In this document: in pieces, positions 11,935 through 27,549 of the stretch
How the letters are laid out: each line of letters begins with the position of its first letter
How positions within the stretch are numbered: the stretch's first letter is position 1
The notes under the pieces: generated by a model
Seen by the model: the letters and a program-made list of their open reading frames with translations, nothing else
Told to the model about the DNA's origin: nothing
Databases searched by the model: none
Position numbers and translations under genes: made by a program
Assembly: GCF_009914755.1 (NCBI RefSeq)
Contig: NC_060934.1
DNA length: 64,000 nucleotides
From: the human T2T-CHM13v2.0 reference genome, Homo sapiens
Direction: 5' to 3' (one strand)

Positions 11935-13800
11935 TTTGGAGTTTCTGGAATTGGCTCTCTAACCTGTTTAGAACTAAAAATGCTGGAGACTCTACTTCTA
12001 ATAGCGCAGAGAGCACTGATAGATCACGTGCTTACTGTTTGTAAATATGCAAAATAAATACATCCATACTCCTAATTCACCACTTATAAAAGGCAAATAA
12101 TTTAGAGACTTTATACCTGATACGTTTGAACATTTGAGGAAAACCAAAGAATATGCCACGTTCATTGGTTGCTCCTAGCACGGCTAAACCAAGTGATGAG
12201 AGAAAGGGGTGAGCTCCGGTATTCACATAAATGACCTGAGTTTCTACATGTGCCCTGGGTCAGAATCTTCTCTCCCGTAGCCACAGGGCTGAAATTGCTG
12301 AAAATCAAACACAAGCCTTTGTCCCTCGATTGACTGAATTACCGCGAAAGCTGAGTCTCAGCTTTGCGGAAATTTGGGATGGGGAAACGTGGGGAGACCT
12401 TGATGAGGCTAGAGACATTGAGCTCAGAAATTCTGATGAGTCTTATTTGCTAAAAGTGACCTCCCCTATCCCAGAAATAAATCCCACCTCTGCCTGAGGG
12501 GATTAACTCTGATGGGACTCACAGCCTCCCCTGAGCCAGTTGCCAGGCAAGACAGTGCTGAATCTCTGGACCCGCCCCCACCAACCCTCTTTCCTTCTAG
12601 ACCTACTGTAACTAGACTGAAGTCCCAGCAGCCCCTACAGGTGAGGTACACAGTGTGCCCCATGAGGAGGTGGTTACACTCTAAAAGAACTACTTTGGTT
12701 TTCTAATTTATACAAGCAGAAATTCGGGGAACATGTGTGGGAGTGGATATTAAGGGTATGGACTAACAGAGACATAAAGGGAGCCGACTGAATTTATTGA
12801 TATGGACCCACTGAGCAGAGATTCTGCAGTTAATGCTGCAGCGCAGGGAATTTGGGGAGGGGCTCAGTTTGTTTTATTGGTTGGCTGAAATGTGGGTCAA
12901 AAGATGGTCCACCATGACTGAGTTGGAGATGCCTGATCTCCTTTGGTTTACTTTAAAGGAAGGGATCCAGAGGCTTAGGGAGGCTGGAATGCTAGAGTGG
13001 ATTTGTCACTTAAAACCAACTCCCACACACTAGGAGGGTCCAGAAGACTGGTCTTTCACCAAAACCTTGAGAAACAGATTTCTGGGGGGAGTGCCAGCAT
13101 CCCTGAAGAGCTCCGCGATTGCTCTTCTCTGTAGGCTGGACTTTACAGTGGGAACCTCAGTCACTCAATTAGGAAACTTAAATGCTATGGGGATAATTGG
13201 ATCCTGGGGTGGCAGGGGCCAAGTGGCAGCACTCAACTGTCAAAGGCAAGGTGGATGTAGTTACTGTAAGGTACAGCAGAGCAAAGCAACAATCAAAATG
13301 GTCTGACTCGTGTAGATCTATGGCACTGGCTAGTTAATCACGTGTTTCTAAAAGTGAAATAGGGTCGGGCAAAGTGGCTCAAGCCTGTAGTCCCAGCACT
13401 TTGGGAGGCCGAGGCGGGCAGATCACTAGGTCAGGAGATAGAGACCATCCTGGCTAACACAGTGAAACCCCATCTCTACTAAAAATACAAAAAAATTAGC
13501 CGGGCATCGTGGCGGGCGCCTATAGTCCCAGCTTCTTGAGAGGCTGAGGCAGGAGAATGGCTTGCAGTGAGCCAAGATTGCGCCACTGCACTCCAGCCTG
13601 GGTGACAGAGGGAGACTCCATCTCAAAAAAATAAAAATAAATAAATAAATAAAGTGAAATAGATAGGAAGCCTACTAAATTCTTACCTGATCTGTATAAG
13701 CATAAAACTTTCAGGTCAACTGCACAAAAGTCCAACTCAAATCATAAAAACTGAGAGTCGTGGCTCCTCAATGAATTCCCAGACTTGAGCCAGTTTATAG
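11935..13800 (+). pseudogene. gag: ERV-L gag remnant (frameshifts, stops, Alu insertion)
   Basis: FWNWLSNLFRTKNAGDSTSNSAESTD, WLAEMWVKRWSTMTELEMPDL and LGNLNAMGIIGSWGGRGQVAALNCQRQGG resemble ERV-L Gag. Confidence 0.85.
13363..13650 (+). mobile_element. AluY inserted in ERV-L gag
   Basis: GAGACCATCCTGGCTAACAC diagnostic; TSD AAAGTGAAATAG at 13351-13362 and 13651-13662; short right-arm deletion. Confidence 0.93.
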
Positions 13801-13879
13801 ACCCAGAACCCCTTGGGTGAAGGAGAGGCTGGGTTCCCTCCAGGAAGGACTCTGGTAGACTACAAAGAACGTATACTGT

Positions 13880-14300
13880 TCATCTTTCTCCCATCTTTCC
13901 CTAAAGGGATCTATGGCCTTTTACCATGGTAACTGTGTGCTGGGGAGAGGGAAATAAACAGACAATTTGGGAACTACTGGACACTGGCTCTGAACTGACA
14001 TTGATTCCAGGAGACCTGAAATGTCACCATGGCCCCCCAGTTAGTGTGGGGCTTATGGATGTCAGGTGATCAATAGAGTTTTATCTCAGATCCAATTTAC
14101 AGTGGACTCAGGGGGTCCCTGACCCCATCCAGCGGTCATTCCCCCAGTTCCAGATGCATAATTGGAGTACACATACTCAGCAGCTGGCAGAATCCTCACA
14201 TTGGCTCCCTGACCTGTGGAGTGAAGGCAATTATGATGGAAAAGGGTAAATGGAAGCTATTAGTGCTATCTCTACCTACAAAAATAGTAAATCAAAAACA
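13880..14300 (+). pseudogene. pro: ERV-L aspartic protease remnant
   Basis: ELLDTGSELTLIPGD, with DTG codons at 13980-13988. Confidence 0.88.
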
Positions 14301-16680
14301 TGACCTGGAGGGACTGCAGAGATTAGTGCCACCATCAAGGACTTGAAAGATGCAGGAATGGTGATTCCCACCTTCAACTCTCCTATTTGGCCTGTGCAGA
14401 AGACAGATAGCTCTTGGAGAATGACAGTGAATTATGATAAGCTTAACCAAGTGGTGACGCCAATTGCAGCAGCTGTACCAGTTGTGATTTCATTGCTTGA
14501 GGAAATTAACACATCTCCTGATACCTGGTGTGCAGCTATTGATCTGGCAAATGCCTTTTTCTCCATCCTTGTCCAGAAGGCCCACCTGAAGCAGTTTGCC
14601 TTCAGCTGACAAGGCTAGCAATATACCTTCACTCTCCCACCTCAGGGGTATATCAGTTCTCTAGCCTATGTCACAATTGTTTTCAGGAATCTTGATCACT
14701 TTTCCCTTCAATAAGATATCACACTGGTCCACTATATTGATGACTGAAGGAACTTATGTATACAGTGATCCATTTCCAAGACAAAGTGCCTTAAATCAGC
14801 TTAGGTCAGCAAAACTACAGAAGAAACAGGATGTAATATGCCCCTGCTTAGATAGCCAATGCCTACTTGTTGTGCCCACCCCGCCCCCCCAGCCCTTAGT
14901 TGCCCTCACCCAAACCAAAAAAAGTTTAGTCTAAGATGAAAGTTTATTAGCCTGCAAAATAGCTCCCTTTTTCTATTCTTATCAGCCTGCCCAGCTACTT
15001 AGGTCATAAGTCAAATACTTAAAGAGTTAAGTATTTTACTTATAAGCTCAGGGGAGCTGACAAGGATTGCAGTGCATTGTGGGCTGCAACAAAATGCAGC
15101 AAGACAACCCTAATAAAAATCACCTACAGCCCCTACCCAACAATCAATAGGCGATGTCCAGGAAGATTGTAAACCCATAGTACTCAGCCTATAGGGAACC
15201 GGGGGAGGGACCTACACACTAGGGGATAAAGTGCTTGTTAAAACTGTGCTGGGTGTGCCTGCTTATCAGACACTCAATCTTGCAAGACTGTCATTAAAAG
15301 TCTCACTTTTGCTATTCCTTGGGTCTCTGAGTCCATTCTTTGGGTTTGGTTGGGTAAGTTTATTTCTCACAATGACAATATGCTGATTGGGCCTAGAGAG
15401 CATGAAGTAGCAACCACTCTGGACTTATAGGTTAGACATTCGTATATCAGAGAATGGGAAATAAATTGAGCAAAATTTAGGTGCCTCCTACCTCAGTGAA
15501 ATTTCTAGGGGTCCAGTGGTATGGGGCATGTCAAGATATCCCTTCTGAAGTGAAGGATAAGTTGTTGTATCTGGCCCCTCCTACAATTAAAAAAGTGCCT
15601 AGTGAAACTATTTAGATTTTGTAAGCAACACATTTCTCCTTTGGGTGTGTTACTCCAGCCCATCTACCAAGTGACCTGAAAAGCTGCTAGTTTTGAGTGT
15701 GTCAGAACAGGAGAAGGCTCTGCAATAGATCCAGGCTGCTGGGCAAGCTGCTCTGCCCCTTGGGCCATATGACCCAGCAGACCCAGTGGTGCTTGCGGTG
15801 TCAGTGGCCGATAGGGATGCTGTTTGGAGCCTTCGGCAGGCCCCTATAGGTAAATCACGGTGAAGGCTCTTAGGATTTTTGAGAAAGGCCCGGCCACTAC
15901 CTGCAGGTAACCACTATCCTTTTGAGAGACAACTCTTGGCCTGCTGCTATATCTTAGTAGAAATGAAACACTTGATTATGGGCCACCAAGTTACCATGCA
16001 ATCTGAACTGCTCATCATGAACTGGGTGTGATCTGACCCACCAAACCATAAAGATGGGCATGCACAGCAGCACACTATGATAAAATGGAAGCGGTGTATA
16101 TATGTGATTGGGCCAGAAAAGGTCCTGGAGGCATAAGTAAGTTACATGAAGAAGTGGCCCAAATACTTATGGTTCCTACTCCTGCTATGCTGCCTTCTCT
16201 CTCTTGCCTGCACCCCATGGTCATTTGCCAGAGGAAGAGAAGACCAGGACCTGCTTTATAGGTGGTTCTGCATGATATGTAGGCACCACCAGGAAGTGGA
16301 CAGCTGCAGCACTATAGCCCCTTTCTGGGATGTCCCTGAATGACAGTGGTGAAGGGAAATCTTCTCAATGGGCAAAACACTGGGCAATGTACCTGGTTGT
16401 GCACTTTGCTTGGAAGGAGAAATGGCCAGATGTGCAATTATATACTGATTCATGGGCTATAGCCAGTGATTTGGCCAGAAGGTCAGGGACTTGGAAGGAA
16501 CATGATTAGAAAATTGGTGACAAAGAAATTTGAGGAAGAGGTATGTGGATAGACTGCTCTGAGCTGGCAAAGGAAGTGATATTTGTGTTCCATATCAATG
16601 CCTACCAAAGGGTGACCTCAGCAGAGGAGGACTGAAATAATCAGGGGTAGAAAATGACCTGTTCTGTGAATATTTGTCAG
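14300..16680 (+). pseudogene. pol: ERV-L reverse transcriptase / RNase H remnant (interrupted by solo LTR)
   Basis: [43 protein letters not shown] (YIDD at 14733-14744); RNase H YTDSW at 16441; multiple stops. Confidence 0.92.
14745..15371 (+). mobile_element. Solo LTR (627 bp, family not assigned) nested in RT
   Basis: TG...CA termini, perfect 5-bp TSD ATGAC (14740-14744 and 15372-15376), ATTAAA at 15293; RT reading resumes afterwards (NMLIG). Confidence 0.9.
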
Positions 16681-16699
16681 CCTCTTTCCCCAGCCACCC

Positions 16700-17410
16700 C
16701 TGTCATGGACTCGTGATCTAAGTGGTCATGGTGGCAGGGATGGAGGCTGTTCATGGGCTCAACAACATGGACTTCTACTTACCAATGCCAACCTGGCTAC
16801 AGCCACCACTGAGTGACCACTCTGCCTGCTGCAGAGATCAACATGGGGTCCCCAGTATGGCACCATTCTTTGGGGTGATCTGCCAGCCTCCTGGTGGCAG
16901 GTTGATTACAATGCAGCACCTTCATTGTGAAAGGGGCAGTGTTTTTTCCTTACTGGAATAGACACTCTGGATATGGATATGCTTCTTCCACAGCTACCAT
17001 CTGTGGACTCATAGATTGCCTTATCAACCATCACGGCATTCTGCACAGCATTGCTTCTGACCAAGGAATTCACCCAAAGCCAAAGAAGTGCAGCAGTGGG
17101 CTCATGCTCGTGGAATTCACTAGTCTTACCATGTTCTTCATCACCTTGAAGCAGCCAGTTTGGTAGAACAGTGAAATGGCCTTTTGAAGTCACAGTTACA
17201 GCACCAGCTAGGTGACAATGCCTTGCAGGCTGAGGCAAGGTTCTTCAGAAGGTTGTAGGTGCTCTAAATCAGTGTCCAACATATGATGCTCTTTCTCCTA
17301 TAGCCGGGATTCACAGGTCCAGGAATCAAGGGTCAGGAATGGAAATGGCACTACTCACCATTACTCCTAGTGACCCACTAGCAAAATTTTTGCTTCCCGT
17401 TCCCATGACT
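16700..17410 (+). pseudogene. ERV-L integrase remnant
   Basis: SGHGGRDGG zinc-finger-region remnant, HHGILHSIASDQG (SDQG at 17056-17067), VEQ*NGLLKSQL. Confidence 0.85.
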
Positions 17411-17419
17411 GTTAGCTCT

Positions 17420-17700
17420 GCTGGCCTAGAGGTCTTAGTTCCAGAGTGAGGAGTGCTTCCGCCAGGAGACACAACAATGATTCCACTCAAGCAGAAGATA
17501 AGGATGCCACTTGGCCCCTTGGGGTTCCTCATGCCTCTGAGTCAACAGGCTAAGCAGGGAGTTATGGTGTTGGCTGCGGTGACTGATCCAGACTACCAAT
17601 GGGAAATTGGACTACTACTCCATAGTGGAGGCAAGGAAGATCTTCTGGAATACAGAAGATCCCCTAGGGTGCCTCTTAGTACTACCATACCCTGTGATTA
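17420..17700 (+). pseudogene. ERV-L dUTPase remnant
   Basis: LPPGDTTMIPL...GVMVLAAVTDPDYQWEIGLLL resembles dUTPase motif III (GVIDxDYxGEI); position after IN is the ERV-L hallmark. Confidence 0.85.
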
Positions 17701-17824
17701 AGGTCAATTGGAAGTTACAACAAACCAATCTAGGCAGGACAAGTAATAGCCCAGGCTCTTCAGGAATGAAGGTTTAGGTAACTCCAGATAAAGAACCATG
17801 ACTATCATATGATGCAGAGAATAA

Positions 17825-17845
17825 ATACATGTGTACATACATACA

Positions 17846-17879
<34 letters not shown>

Positions 17880-17890
17880 CATACACACAT
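17825..17890. repeat. (TACA)n microsatellite
   Basis: Directly visible. Confidence 0.9.
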
Positions 17891-18234
17891 AAAATCATGA
17901 CCAGTGAGGTGCTTATCGAAGGCAAAGAGAATACAGAATGGGTAGTAGAAGACGGCAGTTTATCAATACCAGCTATGCCCATGTAACCAGTTACAGAAAC
18001 AGACTGTTATGAGTATTTCCTCCCTATTTTGTTAAGAATATGTCCATGTGTATAGATGCATATAGTAAGCAAAGATCTTTATTTTCATTCCTCTCTTATT
18101 CTTTTATCATGTAACAAGATTTTCTGAACTTATATTAGTATTTAAGTGTTGTTAATTTTGTATCATAGTATTTAAGTCATGAGATATAAGGAGAAGAGTA
18201 AACATCATGCAAGGACTTTTTCTGAAGAAGGAAT

Positions 18235-18596
18235 TATATTCATCAGTTTTCACACTACTGTAAAAAACTACCTGAGACTGGGTAATTTATGAAGAAAAGA
18301 GGTTTAATTGACTAACAGTTCTGCAGGCTTAACAGGAAGCCTGACTGGGAAGCCTCAGAAAACTTACAATCATGGAGGAAGATGAAGGGGAAGCAAGAAC
18401 CTTCTTCACATGGTGGCAGGAAAGAGAGAGAGAAGGGGAAAGTGTCACCTTTTAAATCATCAGATCTCGTGAGAACTCACTCACTATCATGAGAACAGCA
18501 AGGGGGAAATCCATCCCATGATCCAGTTACTTCCCACCAAGCCCCTCCTCCAATTTGACATGAGATTTGGGCAGTACACAAATCGAAACTATATCA
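18235..18596 (-). mobile_element. MaLR solo LTR (MSTA/THE1D-like) in ERV-L 3' region
   Basis: CCTGAGACTGGGTAATTTATGAAGAAAAGAGGTTTAATTG...ATGAGATTTGG...ATATCA; TSD GGAAT/GGGAT. Confidence 0.9.
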
Positions 18597-18738
18597 GGGA
18601 TTAATGTGTTTTTGGTTGTACGCAGGATAGCTGCATCCTGTCAGGTGAAACTATTACCTTATTATTATCTTATCTGGAAATTAAGTATGATTTCAGGAGT
18701 TGCATATATATAGGTGCCAAGTTGACAAGGGGTGGGCT

Positions 18739-19031
18739 TGTGATGGTTAATTTTAGGAGTCGACTATATTAAAGAATATCTAAAAACCTGGTAAAACGTT
18801 ATTTTGGGGTGTTGTCTGAGGGTATTTCCAGAGGAGATTAGCATTTGAGTCCAAGTGGACTAGATGAGAAGCCACACTGCCAGCATCTCAGGGACTCCAC
18901 CTTGCAAACGGCTTCTCAAGGGACTCCTCAGCCACAACTGTGTGAACCAATCTCCCTAATAAATCCCCTCTCATATGTCTATATATTCATTGCATTGATT
19001 TTTGTTTCTCTGGAGAATCCTGACTAATACA
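18739..19031 (+). mobile_element. 3' LTR, MLT2B-type, internally deleted (293 bp)
   Basis: Preceded by PPT AAGGGGTGGG; AATAAA at 18958; ends CCTGACTAATACA. Confidence 0.9.
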
Positions 19032-21785
<2,754 letters not shown>

Positions 21786-22224
21786 TAACAACAAGTTGGG
21801 ACTTGAGGGGAGTGGAGAAAAACAGTGCAAGAGTTTCCTAAAAGCTTACCCAGTTCATGCATTCACTCATTCATTCATTTGTACATTCATTCATTTGGTA
21901 ATTCACTCAATAGCCTCCTACTGAACCCATTTACCAGAAATAAGTCCTGCCTCAAGATGATAGCATATGCCTTTCTTATGCCTTCCTGGGCATTTTCTTG
22001 AATTACTTTTTTGTGGTTGTTTTTAATGTGTAAATATACATCCCCAATAACTCAGACTCATTAATTTATGTTTGTAATAATTGTTGAAATAAGTTTGACA
22101 GAAGGTGACCTTTCTGAATTTGCAAAGAAAGTGATTGCCAGGCAAATTTAAAGCAGAAGTCCATTGTGGGGAAGATGTTGTGTCCAAAGCCACACACTTT
22201 TCAACGAGCTTTAAGCACTTTCTC

Positions 22225-22450
22225 CATAGTGTTGAGGGCACAACTGTGGAGTCAGACCTTCCCCAGTATGATCCTGGGTCAGCTACTTCCCAGCAGGGTG
22301 ACTTAGGATTGTCTCCTTGTCTCTTTAATTCTCCTTTCCCTGACTGTAAAGTGCAAATAATATGACCCACCTTGCAGGCTGCTTGTGAGGGTCCATGAGA
22401 TATTATGAAGCTTCTAGCACAGTGCTTGGCAGGGCACTGATGGGAGCTCT
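22225..22450 (+). mobile_element. MIR
   Basis: TGGAGTCAGACCT...CTACTTCCCAGCAGGGTGACTTAGG...CTAGCACAGTGCTTGGCA. Confidence 0.7.
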
Positions 22451-23292
22451 TACCTTTATTATTAATTCATTCAAAGGGAGATTTACTGATACTCTCTTTA
22501 GTGCTGTAAGAGATGTGACGATATCAAAGCTAGTGCCTGTCCTCTTGGAGAATGTAATTCTTTGGGGAAGCTAGGACAGATGCAGATTATTACTATGTAA
22601 GATGGGAAGTAATAAAAGACCTGGGAAAACAAGTGAATGGCAGACGCAGGTCAGAAAGGAGACCAATCCCTCCAGCTTGGGCATGCTTGCTGGCATGCGG
22701 GTGCCCCAGGGACTCGAGATCCTGTTGCTGAATGATCAGATGGTGGCATCTGGGGTGGACACTGAAGGACGAGGCTGGCTGTGTGTGTGACAGCAGACCT
22801 TTCTCCCTGCTGCCTGTGCTGTGCTTTCATACTGCAGACACCCAGCAAGTGAGCGCTGAGTTAGATTCCAGAGAGAGAGTTCAAGAAAATGCATAGCAGC
22901 AGACAAACCCCTCTATCGTTAATAGCAAAGATTTCTTATTTGTTCATTTGCAAGATCCTTTGTCAAATTCTTCTGGCCTTGGGCCCTTTGATCACTTCTG
23001 TGTCCTGTGCACTTAAGTCTGGTGGATTCCTTCTTGCCCCTCAGCACTCAGCTCTGGCAGCCGTGCCTCCCCCGAGTCCCGTCTGACCGTTCCCTGCAGC
23101 TTTACCTGGTTCTCTGTGAGCCTGAGCACTTGGGCTGCTCCATCTTTCAACAGCCCCAGGAGTTGGTCTGAGTCATCTTGGACCTCCTAGCTCAATAAAT
23201 GTGTAAACTTGCCATAGCCCAGATCTTGCTCTGATTTATCAGCATTTAGCCATTAGTCCAAATACGTGAGGCTTTTCAAAAAATACAGAAAC

Positions 23293-23580
<288 letters not shown>

Positions 23581-24249
23581 AAAAATACAGAAACAAGTAG
23601 TTCCCACTCACCCTTCCTCTCTGCTGTTAGTGTGCATTCAGACGATGCCAAGGAACGGGCTTCTCTGGGCAGAGCCGGGGCTTTGCGAGGGGTCTTTCTC
23701 AGCCACACGTGTCCAGCATGTATGTGGCCTTCTCCTGGGGCATAGAAGTACTTATTTCAGACCACACAAATGAAAACGATTAACATTCAGCAAAATATCC
23801 CAGCTGCAGTCTAATTATTTCCTATGGTTGTTGGTGACAGCGTCCCCTTTTTGGAGCAGGGTTGGCCGGAGGCAGGATGAGAACAGTGTGGGCTTGTTGG
23901 GGAGGTGTTGTAAGGCACCCAGCACAGAGAATTGAAAAGCCTTCTTTAGAAGCTTCTCTCTGGGGCAGGGTGGGGGTGGGAGAGGAAACGGTAAAGACCC
24001 ACAGTGGCCTGGGCTCTTCTCTCCAGCAAGATGCAACAGGACAGGGAAGGAGGGCCCCCAGGAGGCCCCTGGGGTGGCCTGGAACTTGAGAATGAACTGA
24101 TGCTGGCAGGCACAGCCTTCTTCACTTCTTCACAAGGGTGGGCCCCGCCTTAGACTGCTGGGTGACACCTGTGCATAAGTGCTCCACCCCCCAGCGAGAG
24201 AAAGCGGGCCGCTAGGACTGGCTGTCCTTTACTGTGTGACTCTCCCCAG

Positions 24250-24472
24250 CGTCTTGTCTGTCCCTTCCTACCTGTCACTGCACTTGGTAGTCACATATTT
24301 ATTTGTACCTTGGTGTATTTATTCCTGTCTCCCCCACAAGACTGCAGGCAGCACTGAGAACCCAGGCTGTCTTGCTCATGCTCTGCCGCCAGGACTAGCC
24401 GGGCCGGGTACCCCTGGGGTACTCCCCAGGTGCCTGTGGAATGAATGAATGAGTGGATAGATGAGTGAGTGA
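24250..24472 (+). mobile_element. L2 3' end with (TGAA)n tail
   Basis: CTGTCTCCCCCACAAGACTG...TGTCTTGCTCATGCT...GAATGAATGAATGAGT. Confidence 0.6.
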
Positions 24473-25204
24473 AAGAATATATGAAATTGGTTCTGCAGGA
24501 TGTGCGGCCTGCAGTTACCACTCAGGAGATGCTGGCTCCAGGGTAGGAGAGAGACTCCATTTTTCTCTGGGTATTACTGGGCTGTTTTAATTTCATCAAA
24601 CAATAGGAATTTATTACCTGTTTTCTTAAGCTCTAAATAACAAAGGGAAGCACAGTAAGTATTCTGTTCTTCTTCTTTGCCAGGGCCCAGAGGTTGAGGG
24701 AGGAGCAGCCCATGGTGCTGGGTGCCAGTGGGGGGTGAGGAAGAGGCTGCAGAGGTCCCTGCTGCCTGGACACGTGGCTCTAGCCCCTAATGGAGGGGCA
24801 GCCCCAGGTACCACTCCCTGAACCTGCGGGAAGGCTGGCACAGACGGCATGTGAGTGCGGCACATGCCAGGCCACGGGGCTCCTTTCTTGTAACTCTCAA
24901 GGCCCCATGAGGCAGGCCAGGTGACCGAGGCTCAAAGGGCAAAGTCACTTGTTCTGATGGCTCAGCTGCAGGACAGTGACTGTAGGGCCAGTGCTCTGTG
25001 CACCCGCAGCTGCTCCGCTGGACACAGACCTCCCCGGGGAAGCAGAGACCACCCTGCATCTGAACGGGGAGGGGTCGATGGAGTGTGCCCTGGTGACATG
25101 GGCTCTGCAGGGCGGGGTCAGGCCTCCCGCTCAGTTCTGCATCAGTACTTGCACCACAGAGGCCTCAATGAAGCCGAGGGAGCTCAGGGGAGCAGGAGTC
25201 TAAG

Positions 25205-25410
25205 CCGGAGGCCCTCAGCGGGGCGGCTGTGCCCTCCCCAACGCCCAGGACATCAGCAGTGTCTGGAGACAGGTTGGATTGTTATGGCCAAGGAGGGAGC
25301 AGTGTCATTGGCAGTTAGTGGGCAGAGGCCGGGGATGCAGCGGAACAGCCTACAGTACCAGGCAGTCCCCAGCCCCCGCAATGTCCACGGTGCTGAGGTG
25401 GAGAAATCCT
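25205..25410 (+). mobile_element. MER20 DNA transposon
   Basis: GGACATCAGCAGTGTCTGGAGACA...TAGTGGGCAGAGGCCGGGGATGC...TGCTGAGGTGGAGAAATCCTG. Confidence 0.8.
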
Positions 25411-26647
25411 GGGCTTAGGTCACGCCCAGGTGCACAGGAAGGATCTTGCATCCCAGGAACCAGGGGCTGGGAGAGAGGAGAGCTGGGCTGGGGGCTCTGG
25501 AGGTCCCAAGTTGGGGTGCCCTTGGATTCCTATGTAGAGGTGGAAACCTGGGTCTATAGGCCTTGACTAGGGGTCTCTGGCTGAGAAACACTGGCTGAGG
25601 CTGCAGGAAAGATGTGCCTCTGAGGAGCAGGCCTGTGGAGGCCAGACACTGAGGCAGCTCGGTCCCCCTGGGGCCTATGGAAATGCAGGTAACCCATGAT
25701 ATCCTAGGGTCCTGCTCCCACCCAAGAGAGGGCTGGGGTGAGTGATCACAGCTGAGGGCCTGCAACTGTATGGACCCATTCTCCACACCACACACAGACC
25801 AGCAGAAACATCTGGCATGTTCCCCCAGCACCCCTGCATCTCACTAACTCCCATTCCTCCCTCTCCTGTCAGCCAAGGCCACTCCCTACAGGATGCCTTC
25901 CCTGACTGCTGCTCTGGGTCAGGTTGCATCTTCTCAAAGAACTGTATGTAATTTACATCCTTTGTTAATATGAACATGTGATTAACTGGCTTCTGGGTGG
26001 ATGCATCCTGGTGTCTTCAGAGCCCAACACATAGTAGATGCCCAGAAAGTGGTTTTTAAATGATTATGCTTTGTCTTTGATAAATAACATAGGCGTCTTT
26101 ACAGTGTGTATAGGCAGAGCCGAGTTGAGACATCGAAAGTGGGCAGGGAAATTGTCTCCAATCCTGGAGTTGTGGGGAAGCACCGTAGGCGAGCCTGTTT
26201 CCTCCGATCTCACCTGGGGTGGAGTGTGTGTGTGTGTGTGCATGCATGCGTGCGTGCACACACACGTGCACACACGTGTGGAACCCACGGGGCTGGGGAT
26301 AGTCTCTAGCAGTGTGAGACAACCAGCACACCATCCTGGTGCTGAGCACAGCTCAGTGTCCCTGTCTGGGAAGCCCATGACCCTTGGGGCAGAAGTTCTG
26401 CACAGGGAGTCCGCAGTGGGCCAAGGCAGTGGTCTTCAGCCCATTTGCAGAGCTACCTTGACCCTCTGTGCCTGAGATAAAAAAGATGGTTTCTCCTTCA
26501 TGGAGAAGGAGTTCAGTTTTATTAATACTTTCTTAAAGTGAGCCACAGGATTAGTGCTGGCCCCCAGGTTTTGAAATCTTCCATCTGATGTTCAGCCTCT
26601 TTCCTGTTGAGACCACTCCTTGCAAAGATGATTGCTCTTGAAGTTGA

Positions 26648-27050
<403 letters not shown>

Positions 27051-27399
27051 TAGGAATATATTTTCATAATGTGTTTCTAGCCGTCCTTAAGAATTAATGA
27101 AGTTCTTAGTTCCATTTTTTTTTTTTCGCCCTTGACTAACTGTGGACAATTCTCAATTGTAAGGGAAAGATTTACTTCTGTATTAATAAGTCTCACTGTC
27201 TCCGAAACTCTTCACATTCAAAGGGCACTCGCATTACCTGGCAATTACTCTTTCTCGATGAGACACAGGTTGGTGATATTTGGGAATATGACTTTGGGGA
27301 ATACAAACTCTGTTTAAGTAATGATTTTGAAAAAAATCTCTCTGCACCAGTGAATGCCATGAACAGTTTCATTTTCAGTAAGCGCTTGCAGCCAGTTGT

Positions 27400-27549
27400 C
27401 TAGTTGTCAGAAGCCGAGCTCATCAGCGGGCTCCTGGTGTCGGCGTTCTGCTGCTGGAAGGTCAGGGAGTTCCCTGGACCCCACGGAAGAAGCTGTCTCC
27501 ATGAAGGACAGGGACCGTGCCGTGAACCTTTTATTCTCCCACTGACATG
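27400..27549 (+). other. Candidate alternative upstream exon of PTPRE ending in ATG
   Basis: Locally CpG-retaining unique sequence ending ACATG|GTATGA (donor at 27550); ATG is in frame with the micro-exon; 5' boundary unknown. Confidence 0.45.

Larger units (their letters stand above)
11309..19031 (+). mobile_element. ERV-L (HERV-L/ERVL-B-type) provirus, decayed, near full length
   Basis: Two LTRs TGTGATGGTTAA...CTAATACA; flanks TACAT/GACAT (4/5 TSD); Leu PBS; PPT; gag, pro, RT, RNaseH, IN and dUTPase remnants in ERV-L order; no env. Confidence 0.95.

Noticed and set aside
11935-17700. Possible domesticated ERV-L gene (Fv1-like gag, active RT or dUTPase)
   Set aside because: The longest open pieces are under about 90 aa, with many stops, frameshifts and insertions; catalytic motifs are damaged.
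24921-25566. 165-aa and overlapping GC-rich ORFs
   Set aside because: They run through a MER20 element, show no recognisable domain and lack exon signals.
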